A stretch of DNA of 58,408 bases from Treponema sp. (GTDB lineage: Bacteria; Spirochaetota; Spirochaetia; Treponematales; Breznakiellaceae), in contig JAISMJ010000093.1 of the NCBI GenBank assembly GCA_031276815.1, positions 1 to 58,408 on the forward strand. Reading direction: 5' to 3'. The notes beneath the pieces were generated by a model. That model saw only the letters and a program-made list of their open reading frames with translations, had not been told where the DNA came from and did no database searches. Position 1 is the stretch's first letter; every line of letters begins with the position of its first letter. Made by a program: the position numbers and the translations under genes. Positions 38,741-46,982 of the stretch are shown piece by piece.

Positions 38741-39069
38741 TGTACTGTAGAGCGTTATCCGCTTTCATTGCGCCAAAAAGAACATGACGTCCGCGTTGTT
38801 TATTATGCGGATATATGTTTACCGGATGATGTAAAAAAGGTGTGCGTAAGGGCGCCGTTACCTTGTTGTGAAACATGGCGCGCAACATACGTGACAAAAA
38901 TGAACGTATAGGAAACATACTATACATCTCTGTTTCGTTGTATCCGCGCGATATGGCAATACATGGATTTTCTGTAAACACAAACAGAGACGTACAGGGG
39001 AAACAGCAGGCGGACATATTGAAGCAGGGAAACCCCATTGGATGCGGCGAAGAGCGGGTACTCATGCCG

Positions 39070-39115
39070 GCGCCCGCTTGAAACGCGGTTCAGGGACGGC
39101 GTTTCAAGCGGGCGC
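39070..39115 (-). terminator. Strong hairpin closing the 54.3->39.1 kb operon
   Basis: A 17-bp perfect stem (GGCGCCCGCTTGAAACGC / GCGTTTCAAGCGGGCGCC region) with a 12-nt loop, 25 nt past the stop at 39140. No U-tract. Confidence 0.55.
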
Positions 39116-39139
39116 GCCTCACGGCTGCGCTGAATTCCG

Positions 39140-40849
39140 CTATTGTATGGTAAACGTTGATTCCGCCATGCGGCTGTTTTTGTACCATAGTTCTATGCGG
39201 TATGTTCCTCTGCGCCAATGTCCCGGCGTTGCGCCACCCCAGCCGGTAGTACGCTCCGTACCGCTGCCCGCGTTAATATAAAAGGAAGAACTAAAACTAT
39301 ACCCGTCCGGCGAAGATGTTCCGGTAGAGAGCGCGCCATTCGGATGAAAGATTTTTATATAAAGCTCATACGTTCTCGCGCTGGAAAGAAACGATTCATA
39401 CCTAATCTCCGTATACAAATAGGTTGACCGTGACGAGATAATAGCATCGCCGGGGTTATCCCCCTGATTGAATACCCGTATGCGGGTTATTGAAAAGGCG
39501 GGATATGTTGCCAAAAACCGGTTCGCCGTATTCGTAGCGTCCGCTAATTCACGTTGAGTAGTATCTAGTTGAGCGTTAGCGTTCTCCAAGTCATCGCGCA
39601 GCGTAGATACTTGAGTACGAATACCGGTTAGTTCGGTTTCAGCATCGCTTAATTGCGCGCGGACAGCGGTTAGTTCGGCTTCGGCATCGCGTAAGCGCGA
39701 CTGAAGGGCATACAATGCGCTTTCTTTTTCCGCTATCTCCGCGTATAAAAGATCGCCCTTACCATACCATTTTACCGCATACACGATACAAACAATGACG
39801 GCTGTTATAAGTGCGGTAATAAGAAGCGCGGCTATGCCTTTACTGATACGGACAGCGGCGTCATCACACGGTTGCTGAACATGCGGCTGCGAGGAGGGTA
39901 GGGCGGGAACGGGTTCTTTTTGGCGCGGCAGCCGTCCGTTTTTTTCAATCGTACACCACGGACACGCAGCCGCTCCGCCGGCATAGTAATGATTGGTACG
40001 GTTCACACAGAGCGTCAGACCGTTTAGGAGTCTTTCAAGCGCGGCATACCATGCGTCTCCTGAAGGCGTCTCTGCCGGTTCAGTACGCCCTTCAATAAAA
40101 GCCCCGCGGAATAACGTGTGTATTTCAGCCGGTAAAGAAGCGAACAGGGGCGCATACGCGGGTATATCAACGGTTATATCTGTGGGAGAAATGGAAGGAT
40201 GCGCTCCATTCATCAGCAAACGAAAAATCAGCGTCGCCAATGCCGCGTCATCCTGTTCTTTCGTACATACCGGCAGCGGTTCCCATGCTTTTTGTTCCCC
40301 CTGAAGCTCCGGCGTACTGATCGTTGCCGCGTGTGATTCACACGGGAACACGTTTCCGGTTTTGTCTGTGATATGAAAGGAATCCGCGCCGGTTACGGTA
40401 ATACGTCTGGTATCCGGATCAACGAGTATCTGTCCGGCGTGCAGGCGCCCGATAATCTGCCCTTCCTTATGCAAATCGCGAACCGCTCTCGCGGTGTTCT
40501 TTGCTATGGTAACGAAGAATGACCACGGTTTCCCCGCGCATGTATCGAAGATAGTCGATACGTTCTCTTTACCCGTTGCTTTAGGCATAACATAGCCGGC
40601 AAACGTCCACTGCGTAGGCTCGTATACCACATCAAGCGGCCATGCGTATTGTTTCATGTCAGGAAAACGCAGCGCGGTCATTGCAAGCAATTTCTGTTCT
40701 TTTTCCGCCGTCCGTGTATCCGGCTTGTATATCGCGGCTACCACGTCGCCATCTTCGACTACGGTGTAAAGGTCGCTCCCGTCTTCACTCGTAAACGGCG
40801 TATCCGCCGCCGTATAGATTTTACCTGACAGAGCGACATATATGGACAT
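39140..40849 (-). CDS. Membrane-anchored YegI-like protein-kinase-fold protein with a degenerate catalytic loop; extracytoplasmic coiled coil plus beta-rich domain
   Basis: 569 aa with VAAIYKP (VAIK-like Lys42), IIGRLHAGQILV (aligns to xxGD/HRD-L..xN-ILV with Arg at the catalytic Asp position), GADSFHI (DSF variant of DFG), CESHAATISTPELQG (TPE = APE motif) and CPWC. One TM helix (IAALLITALITAVIVCIVYAV). Then a heptad-rich LRDAEAELTAVRAQLSDAETELTGIRTQV and a ~120-aa beta-rich tail. Confidence 0.65.
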   Translation of the reverse strand: MSIYVALSGKIYTAADTPFTSEDGSDLYTVVEDGDVVAAIYKPDTRTAEKEQKLLAMTALRFPDMKQYAWPLDVVYEPTQWTFAGYVMPKATGKENVSTIFDTCAGKPWSFFVTIAKNTARAVRDLHKEGQIIGRLHAGQILVDPDTRRITVTGADSFHITDKTGNVFPCESHAATISTPELQGEQKAWEPLPVCTKEQDDAALATLIFRLLMNGAHPSISPTDITVDIPAYAPLFASLPAEIHTLFRGAFIEGRTEPAETPSGDAWYAALERLLNGLTLCVNRTNHYYAGGAAACPWCTIEKNGRLPRQKEPVPALPSSQPHVQQPCDDAAVRISKGIAALLITALITAVIVCIVYAVKWYGKGDLLYAEIAEKESALYALQSRLRDAEAELTAVRAQLSDAETELTGIRTQVSTLRDDLENANAQLDTTQRELADATNTANRFLATYPAFSITRIRVFNQGDNPGDAIISSRSTYLYTEIRYESFLSSARTYELYIKIFHPNGALSTGTSSPDGYSFSSSFYINAGSGTERTTGWGGATPGHWRRGTYRIELWYKNSRMAESTFTIQ

Positions 40850-40860
40850 ATACGTTTCCC

Positions 40861-41979
40861 TTATTCATACTGCTGTATCAGCGCTTCCAACTCGCGCTTA
40901 TGTAAGCCTGCGTTCTTATACGTCTCCAGAATCTTTGTAAGAACAAACGTATTTTTATGGAGATATTTCGCAACGGCTTGGAGAATATGGCGCATCTCTT
41001 CATATTCGCCGCTAACGATCCGCGCACATTCACCGCACATGGTCGCTATAGTTTCTTGTTTTGTCTTGTTGTTGTCTTCAAAGGATTTCAGAGCCGCTTC
41101 CATTTTTACTGAGTAGTTGCCTATGGCATCGGTGTACGCTTTTGGAAAGGATTGAATAGCGGCGCACTTAAAGGTCAGCGCATGTAAATTTGAGAGAATA
41201 GCGTCTATGTTCTTCATAAGTTCTTCATCGACCATACGGTTTTGAGCGAAAGAATCCTTAAAAGAAAGATGGATATCTTTAAGCAGCGCTTCACTCTCGC
41301 CGCAATAGCGAAGCGCTGCTGCGGAATAATCTAATTTAGAAGCGAATTGTTCAAAGCTGGTTTTAACGGTATGCGCCGCAACGCCGAGCGCATTAAACGC
41401 CGCTTCACAGCGCTTTTTTTCTGTAAGCAGGTGAGAGCACTCTTCTTTTTGGAGCGCTAGATAGGTTTTGATAGCTTCATTCACGTAATCCAGAGCGGCT
41501 GTCGTCCCATTCGCCTGTTTCTGAAAGCGTTCTTCTGTTTCGGAGATAGCGGATAACAGCGTTGCATTGATTTTTCTTATTTCGTGATCCGTGTCAATAT
41601 ACGCAAAATCGGCTTTATATTCCCATGCGGGCGAAGCGCTATCATCATATACAACAGGTGAAAAGACATGTTCCCGGATTTTTCCGGTAATACATGAAAT
41701 AATAACAAAAATTCCACTGAGAATCAGCACTGTCATACCGTTACTTTCAAGCAAGAGCGCAAGCGCGCACGAAGATACCGTTAACACAGCAAGCGGAATA
41801 TTTGCAAGATCAAAGAGTCTTGACAGGATAGGAGCGCGCGGAATTAAAAAAGTAACAATTTTTGAAAGAAGGGGCGCATGAGGCGCCGTCCGCTTTATGA
41901 TTGATAGGTAATCAAGAACTAATCCCGCAACTCCTGACAACACAACAACAATATAAGCAATAACTGCTATATATATCAT
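40861..41979 (-). CDS. Membrane protein (N-terminal TM helices) with an all-helical cytoplasmic region; operon member
   Basis: 372 aa. Hydrophobic segments lie in residues 1-110 and the rest is predicted helical. The ATG overlaps the upstream stop (ATGA at 41976-41979). Confidence 0.7.
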   Translation of the reverse strand: MIYIAVIAYIVVVLSGVAGLVLDYLSIIKRTAPHAPLLSKIVTFLIPRAPILSRLFDLANIPLAVLTVSSCALALLLESNGMTVLILSGIFVIISCITGKIREHVFSPVVYDDSASPAWEYKADFAYIDTDHEIRKINATLLSAISETEERFQKQANGTTAALDYVNEAIKTYLALQKEECSHLLTEKKRCEAAFNALGVAAHTVKTSFEQFASKLDYSAAALRYCGESEALLKDIHLSFKDSFAQNRMVDEELMKNIDAILSNLHALTFKCAAIQSFPKAYTDAIGNYSVKMEAALKSFEDNNKTKQETIATMCGECARIVSGEYEEMRHILQAVAKYLHKNTFVLTKILETYKNAGLHKRELEALIQQYE

Positions 41980-43991
41980 AATCCATCCTTATGTAACATG
42001 ACGTTCAATTCGCCCAGATTGTTGATATAACCGTTATCAGATATTTCACATGGCTTTATTATTTCAATCCTGTTTTCCCCGTCAGATTTTATTATATTTT
42101 TTGTATACAGCTCCCGTATATGTGTTACGTTATTATAATAATGCGGGTTTGGAAAGATATATTTTTTACCGCCTTTTCTGTTTGAAATCCATTTTGTTTC
42201 CGCAAAAGATTCGAGAAGGTTCTGTTTTGTTTTTATCTTAAAATCACCCACCAGATAATAAAACGTATCAAGCGGAAGTTTTGTCCCCGCCTTGGCTGCC
42301 GCCCATGCGTTAAATTCAGCAACAATAGCATCCGTACCGCCAGAATCGCCGGAAGAAGCGCGCTTCTTTTCATGAGCAGGGGCAGTTTCTATAGTATTCA
42401 AACGTCCGTCGATAGTATGTATACGATAATCAATACTTTCGATACTAGATTTAACCTCGTTTATACGTTGCTGAAGATCAAAGATTTGTACCGGCGCCTG
42501 TTCAACACGTTCCGCATCGCTTTGCAGTTTTTGCAGTTGCTCCGCCATTGCTTGAACAGATACAGCGCTGCTTTGCTCATACAGTGTAGCGAGTTGTTCA
42601 TAGGAAGATAATTTTGCATGGGCATCATTGAGTTTTTGGGTGAAATTAACATAACTCCGTATTTTATTCATAAAATTCGGAGCAAGAGTAAATTGTGTAA
42701 AATCATATACAGAATCGCACAGTCTATTCGTTGAATTCGAGGTTTCTGTGATTACCGCTTCTAGTTCCGCATTGGTTTTTCCAAGTTTTTTTAGTTCTTG
42801 GGAGAAAGAATCGTTTAGAGTATGTAAAGCTTCTATTGTATCACGCTCAAAGTCAATAGAAACAGCTTCGTTGAATGTTTCACAAATTGCAAAGAATTTA
42901 TCATAACTTGAACGTAAGTCATCAGCGTTTTTCTTGATTATAGTGTCAATAGAGGTAAAAGTACCGCTGATAGTATGTTCGAGCGAGTCCGTTATCCGTT
43001 CCAGATGGTGTAATTCAACAGAAAATGCATCGCTTTTATAGGCGGAAAGAAGCTGTTTTAGTTCCAATAAAAGGGCGGCATTTTTATTCATCGCGTTAAT
43101 GTCGACTTTTGTTTTGTCTGCAAGTTCGGTACATTTCGGCATTATAGCGTTAATATGTTCGCATATAACGCTCAAAGTACTATTCAGTTCGTTTATTTTT
43201 TTCAGAGCATCATTAAAGAAACCGGTAATGTTTTGCCATGTTATAACCTCCGTACCGCTTTGAAGCTTGATAAATTCATCTAATTTTGCCGTCATATCCG
43301 TTGTGCTTTGCAAAAGCATATCGCATCGTTTAGTATTCGTTGCTGAAAATATGTTTACAGCGGACAGTAGCCGGTTAGTGTCTTCCGATTTCAAGGCATT
43401 TAACACGGCGGGTCTCAACTCTTTTATCGTAATTAAGTCAAAGTTCGCAATTTTATCATACCAGCGCGTATATAAGGCATCGGTAAATAGCGCGACTTTG
43501 CTATCCGCGTGTCTTTTTAGCAACAGGATACATATAAAGCAAAAGGTATGTATCATAAACAAAAAAGACAACAAGCTGGTTTTCGTAGATGCCGCAATCA
43601 CTCCCGCATACATCACATACAATGAGGCTATAAACGGGATATGCATGAGAAAAAATACGTATGCTACAAATTTATCGCACTTTTCTTTATAGTTTGATAT
43701 ATATGCGTTTTGATTCACTTTCTTTCCAACTTTGGCGTCTGTACACATACGTCCTAATATTTCAATGATAAAATTGTTTTTCATGATGTTAGATTGTTTG
43801 TTTACAAAATCATTAAAATTGCTATTCATTTTAATAACGTTTTGATTTTTATCGATCACCGGCGCAAGTTTCAATCCTGAGAGATCGAGCAGTTCCTGTG
43901 TTGTTCTTGTCTTTTTAGAAAAATAAATAACCGGCAGTATATATAATAAAAGAAACCACAACGCATAGATAACAATTATTTGTTCTGACAT
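41976..43991 (-). CDS. Polytopic membrane / coiled-coil protein ending in the shared ~112-aa C-terminal domain (divergent copy)
   Basis: 671 aa. TM segments near residues 6-25 and 105-160, then a long helical region. The C-terminus reads EFNAWAA..GTKLP..FYYL....K.....L....ETKWISN..GGKKYIFPNP......I.ELY.......RIEIIKPCEIS.NGYINNLGEL. AAGGAG SD. Confidence 0.75.
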   Translation of the reverse strand: MSEQIIVIYALWFLLLYILPVIYFSKKTRTTQELLDLSGLKLAPVIDKNQNVIKMNSNFNDFVNKQSNIMKNNFIIEILGRMCTDAKVGKKVNQNAYISNYKEKCDKFVAYVFFLMHIPFIASLYVMYAGVIAASTKTSLLSFLFMIHTFCFICILLLKRHADSKVALFTDALYTRWYDKIANFDLITIKELRPAVLNALKSEDTNRLLSAVNIFSATNTKRCDMLLQSTTDMTAKLDEFIKLQSGTEVITWQNITGFFNDALKKINELNSTLSVICEHINAIMPKCTELADKTKVDINAMNKNAALLLELKQLLSAYKSDAFSVELHHLERITDSLEHTISGTFTSIDTIIKKNADDLRSSYDKFFAICETFNEAVSIDFERDTIEALHTLNDSFSQELKKLGKTNAELEAVITETSNSTNRLCDSVYDFTQFTLAPNFMNKIRSYVNFTQKLNDAHAKLSSYEQLATLYEQSSAVSVQAMAEQLQKLQSDAERVEQAPVQIFDLQQRINEVKSSIESIDYRIHTIDGRLNTIETAPAHEKKRASSGDSGGTDAIVAEFNAWAAAKAGTKLPLDTFYYLVGDFKIKTKQNLLESFAETKWISNRKGGKKYIFPNPHYYNNVTHIRELYTKNIIKSDGENRIEIIKPCEISDNGYINNLGELNVMLHKDGL

Positions 43992-44009
43992 AAATACTCC
44001 TTGTGTTTT

Positions 44010-45425
44010 TCACAATAATGTTAATTCTCCCGGATAATTGATAAAACCGCTGCCGGACATCTCGCAGGGTTCCGTTATTCTAATTTTATTCTGCCCTTTA
44101 GACCGTAACTTTGTTAGATCCATGTTATAAAGCTCCTTTATATCGGTCATTTGGTCAAAGGAATTTGGATTTGGAAAAAGATATTTTTTGCTACCGTTCT
44201 TATTTGAAATCCACTTAGTCTCCATTGCGGACGGTGTAAGAGGCTGCTCTCTTCTTACCCGCATATCATGTTCTAAATAATAAAATTCGTTGGGCAGTTT
44301 AGTTCCCGGGTTGGCTGCCCACGCATTAAAAGCGGAAATAGTAGTATCAGTTTTATTAACGGTGCTCATACTATTCGGCGGCTCACTGATTTTCTTGGGA
44401 AAAACCGGTTCCGCCATGTTTGCATTGTCTTCAAGGTTTTTCACACGGGTATTAATACTAGTTAGATGGCGTGTTGTTTTATCGGCAGCTTCGCTAATAC
44501 GTTGAATTTGTGCTGTTAATGTTCTAATTTCTAACGTGATGTTCTCTTGGTTTTGATTTGGGCGAGCAAACTCTGATTTTCTCATTGATTCCTCAATACT
44601 GTTGAGACGCGATTCAAGATTCAGAAGGCTGTTGTTAATAGTAGTATTGATTATAGATATATCGTTTATCAATTCTTTATTACTATTTTGTATATCATAT
44701 TCTACATGTTTTAGACCTACCTCAATAGTTTTGATACGTGACTCAATATTCGGAATCCATTTGTTAATAGTAGTAACCGTATGTCTTGTTTCTTTATTAC
44801 TATTCTGAATATCATATTCTACATCTTTTAGACGTTCCTCAATAGTTTTAATACATGCGTCAAGATTCACAAGTCTATTGTTAATAATATTATTGAGCGT
44901 AGATATGGTATTTTTTATATTGGAAATATTACTTTCTATCTTTTCCAATCGTTCCTCAATAGTATTACTATTGAGTGTAGCAGATACGGCATTTCTTGAT
45001 ATTTCTCTATTATTTTGGATATCATCTTCTATCTTCTTCAGGCGTTCCTCAAGTTCTTCATATTTTTTCAACTGTTTTACAGGCAGTATAGTTCTATGAG
45101 CATCAATGCTAGGCATTTCTTGCCCTAAAAGCATTGCCAGATATGATACGGTTTCAGCGGCTTTTTCCCATGTTACGCTGTTTTTATCCTGAAAATTTTG
45201 TATCAGTCCCGAGAATTCGAGAGTCTGTATTGTTTTTTCATGTTCCGATGCTTCCCTCACTCTATCGAAATATCCTGCATTAACGGCTTTAAGTAATAAA
45301 TTAACTTTTTCTTCGTATTCGCCCCCAAAGGCGCCCAACTGTTCTTTTATGCTGTCTTCAAAATCAGATTTTGATTTATCCTTTGATAGGGTTCTTATTT
45401 TAATCAGAATGTCCTGAAATGTCAT
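44010..45425 (-). CDS. Soluble coiled-coil repeat protein ending in the shared C-terminal domain
   Basis: 471 aa with no TM helix. Internal ~37-40-aa repeats (LK.VEYDIQNSNKE twice, LKKIEDDIQNNRE once). C-terminus AFNAWAANPGTKLPNEFYYLEHDMRVRREQ...ETKWISNKNGSKKYLFPNP...ELY...KIRITEPCEMSGSGFINYPGELTLL. Confidence 0.75.
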   Translation of the reverse strand: MTFQDILIKIRTLSKDKSKSDFEDSIKEQLGAFGGEYEEKVNLLLKAVNAGYFDRVREASEHEKTIQTLEFSGLIQNFQDKNSVTWEKAAETVSYLAMLLGQEMPSIDAHRTILPVKQLKKYEELEERLKKIEDDIQNNREISRNAVSATLNSNTIEERLEKIESNISNIKNTISTLNNIINNRLVNLDACIKTIEERLKDVEYDIQNSNKETRHTVTTINKWIPNIESRIKTIEVGLKHVEYDIQNSNKELINDISIINTTINNSLLNLESRLNSIEESMRKSEFARPNQNQENITLEIRTLTAQIQRISEAADKTTRHLTSINTRVKNLEDNANMAEPVFPKKISEPPNSMSTVNKTDTTISAFNAWAANPGTKLPNEFYYLEHDMRVRREQPLTPSAMETKWISNKNGSKKYLFPNPNSFDQMTDIKELYNMDLTKLRSKGQNKIRITEPCEMSGSGFINYPGELTLL

Positions 45426-45464
45426 AAAACGCCTTTAAATTACTAAAAACAAGCGTATTCGCTC

Positions 45465-46937
45465 CTAGAGTAATGTTAATTCTCCATGGTAGTTGATATA
45501 GCCGCTGCCGGACATTTCGCAGGGCTTTGTTATTGTGATTCTGTTTTGTCCTCTGGGTCTTAACTTTGTTAGATCCATGATATAAAGCTCACTTATATCG
45601 GTCATTTGATCAAAGAAATTAGGATTTGGGAAAAGATATTTCTTACCGGTCTTACTGGCGTCTTTATTTGAAATCCATCTAGTCTCTGTTGCAGACGGTG
45701 TAAGAGATTGCTCTCTTCTTACCCGCATATCATGTTCTAAATAATAGAAATTATCCGGCAGCCTGCTTATCGGATTACTTGCCCAAATATTAAAGGCAGA
45801 AACCGGATCGCTGGTAAAACCCGGCGTTTTTTCTGTGAGAGGCGAGAAGCTTTCCGGCTGTCTTTTATTATTTTTCAAATCTACGTTAATATCTCTAATA
45901 CAGGTATCAATATCCCAAACGCTCCTCTCTACTCCATCAAATCTTTCTTCAAGTTTTTCTTCAAGCTTTCGAATTTGATTCGGCGCTGTTTCAATATACG
46001 TCAGCGTTTTACCTTGATCTTTGTACATGATGAGCAAGGTATCCATTTTACTAGCTATCCCTTCTAATGCTTCTTGTGCGGCTTGGAGCCGTTTATTGTC
46101 GGCTGTAGATTTTATAAGAGATAGTATAGCTATGACAAGAGAGGCGGAAGCGATACTCCCTACCGCTATGAGCATGATCAGCAGAGCAAGAAATCTCTTT
46201 TCAGTATCCGCTACTTTACGTATATCAGCAACTACGGTATTAATTTTCTCAACGTTGGCTGTTACTGCCGTCCAATCTTTGTTTGTCTGGGCATTGCTGG
46301 CAGCAATATAGGACTCTGTACCAATTTTATACAACTCTTTATATTTTTTCTGAATTTTGCCTTCCACACCGTTAAGTTGTTTCTTAGCAGCCGCTAAAGC
46401 TGAAGAAGCAGCTTCAGCCATCTCTGTATCTGTCAGCGCACTGTCTATTGCCGTCATTGCGGCATCTAAAGCATTGCTCATTTCCGCAACAGTTTTTGCC
46501 GCTCCAATCTTTTCACGTCCTTCTTCCTTTATAGCAATAAGGTTCTTCCACTGATTTCCGGTGAAATCTTTCGCCGCTTTCTGTTTTCCAAAATAGTCAT
46601 GTAACGTATCTTGCGCCTCTTTTTTTCTTACATCAAGAATTGTTCCATAAATAGCATCTATCTCATTTTCTGCATTTGAGAGAGCTTTTTGTATCGCTTC
46701 ACTATCTTTTGCCTTGTCAATCGCATTCTTACCCTTTTCCCTTATGCCGGTAAGTTTTTTTTTATCAGATTCAGTAAAATCCTTTTCTGCGCCTCCTCCG
46801 ATATACGATTCCAACTCGGCTATTGCAGCTTCCTGTTTCTTGACTATATCATCAGTCCCTTCGGTTTCAGCGCCTGCCATCCATAAACATCCAAAAACAA
46901 GTACTAGAGCGAGGCTTGTAATTTTAGTCTTTTTCAT
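45465..46937 (-). CDS. Bitopic membrane protein: signal/lipobox, extracytoplasmic helical repeats, one TM helix, cytoplasmic coiled coil, shared C-terminal domain
   Basis: 490 aa. MKKTKITSLALVLVFGC (lipobox-like). A..I..A.T..E...AL..A...ID helical repeats. TM helix FLALLIMLIAVGSIASASLVIAILSLI. C-terminus AFNIWASNPISRLPDNFYYLEHDMRVRREQ...ETRWISNK...KKYLFPNP...ELY...RITITKPCEMSGSGYINYHGELTLL. Confidence 0.75.
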   Translation of the reverse strand: MKKTKITSLALVLVFGCLWMAGAETEGTDDIVKKQEAAIAELESYIGGGAEKDFTESDKKKLTGIREKGKNAIDKAKDSEAIQKALSNAENEIDAIYGTILDVRKKEAQDTLHDYFGKQKAAKDFTGNQWKNLIAIKEEGREKIGAAKTVAEMSNALDAAMTAIDSALTDTEMAEAASSALAAAKKQLNGVEGKIQKKYKELYKIGTESYIAASNAQTNKDWTAVTANVEKINTVVADIRKVADTEKRFLALLIMLIAVGSIASASLVIAILSLIKSTADNKRLQAAQEALEGIASKMDTLLIMYKDQGKTLTYIETAPNQIRKLEEKLEERFDGVERSVWDIDTCIRDINVDLKNNKRQPESFSPLTEKTPGFTSDPVSAFNIWASNPISRLPDNFYYLEHDMRVRREQSLTPSATETRWISNKDASKTGKKYLFPNPNFFDQMTDISELYIMDLTKLRPRGQNRITITKPCEMSGSGYINYHGELTLL

Positions 46938-46982
46938 ATAGGTTCCCCTTAAAAAATAGTATCATATTTTATGGAACGGGTA

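Noticed and set aside
38181-39065. 294-aa minus-strand ORF and two shorter ORFs over tandem array 3.
   Set aside because: The reasoning is the same as for array 1. The non-repeat N-terminal part (MSTRSSPHPMGFPCFNMSACCFPC...) looks like random translation, and no SD is present.
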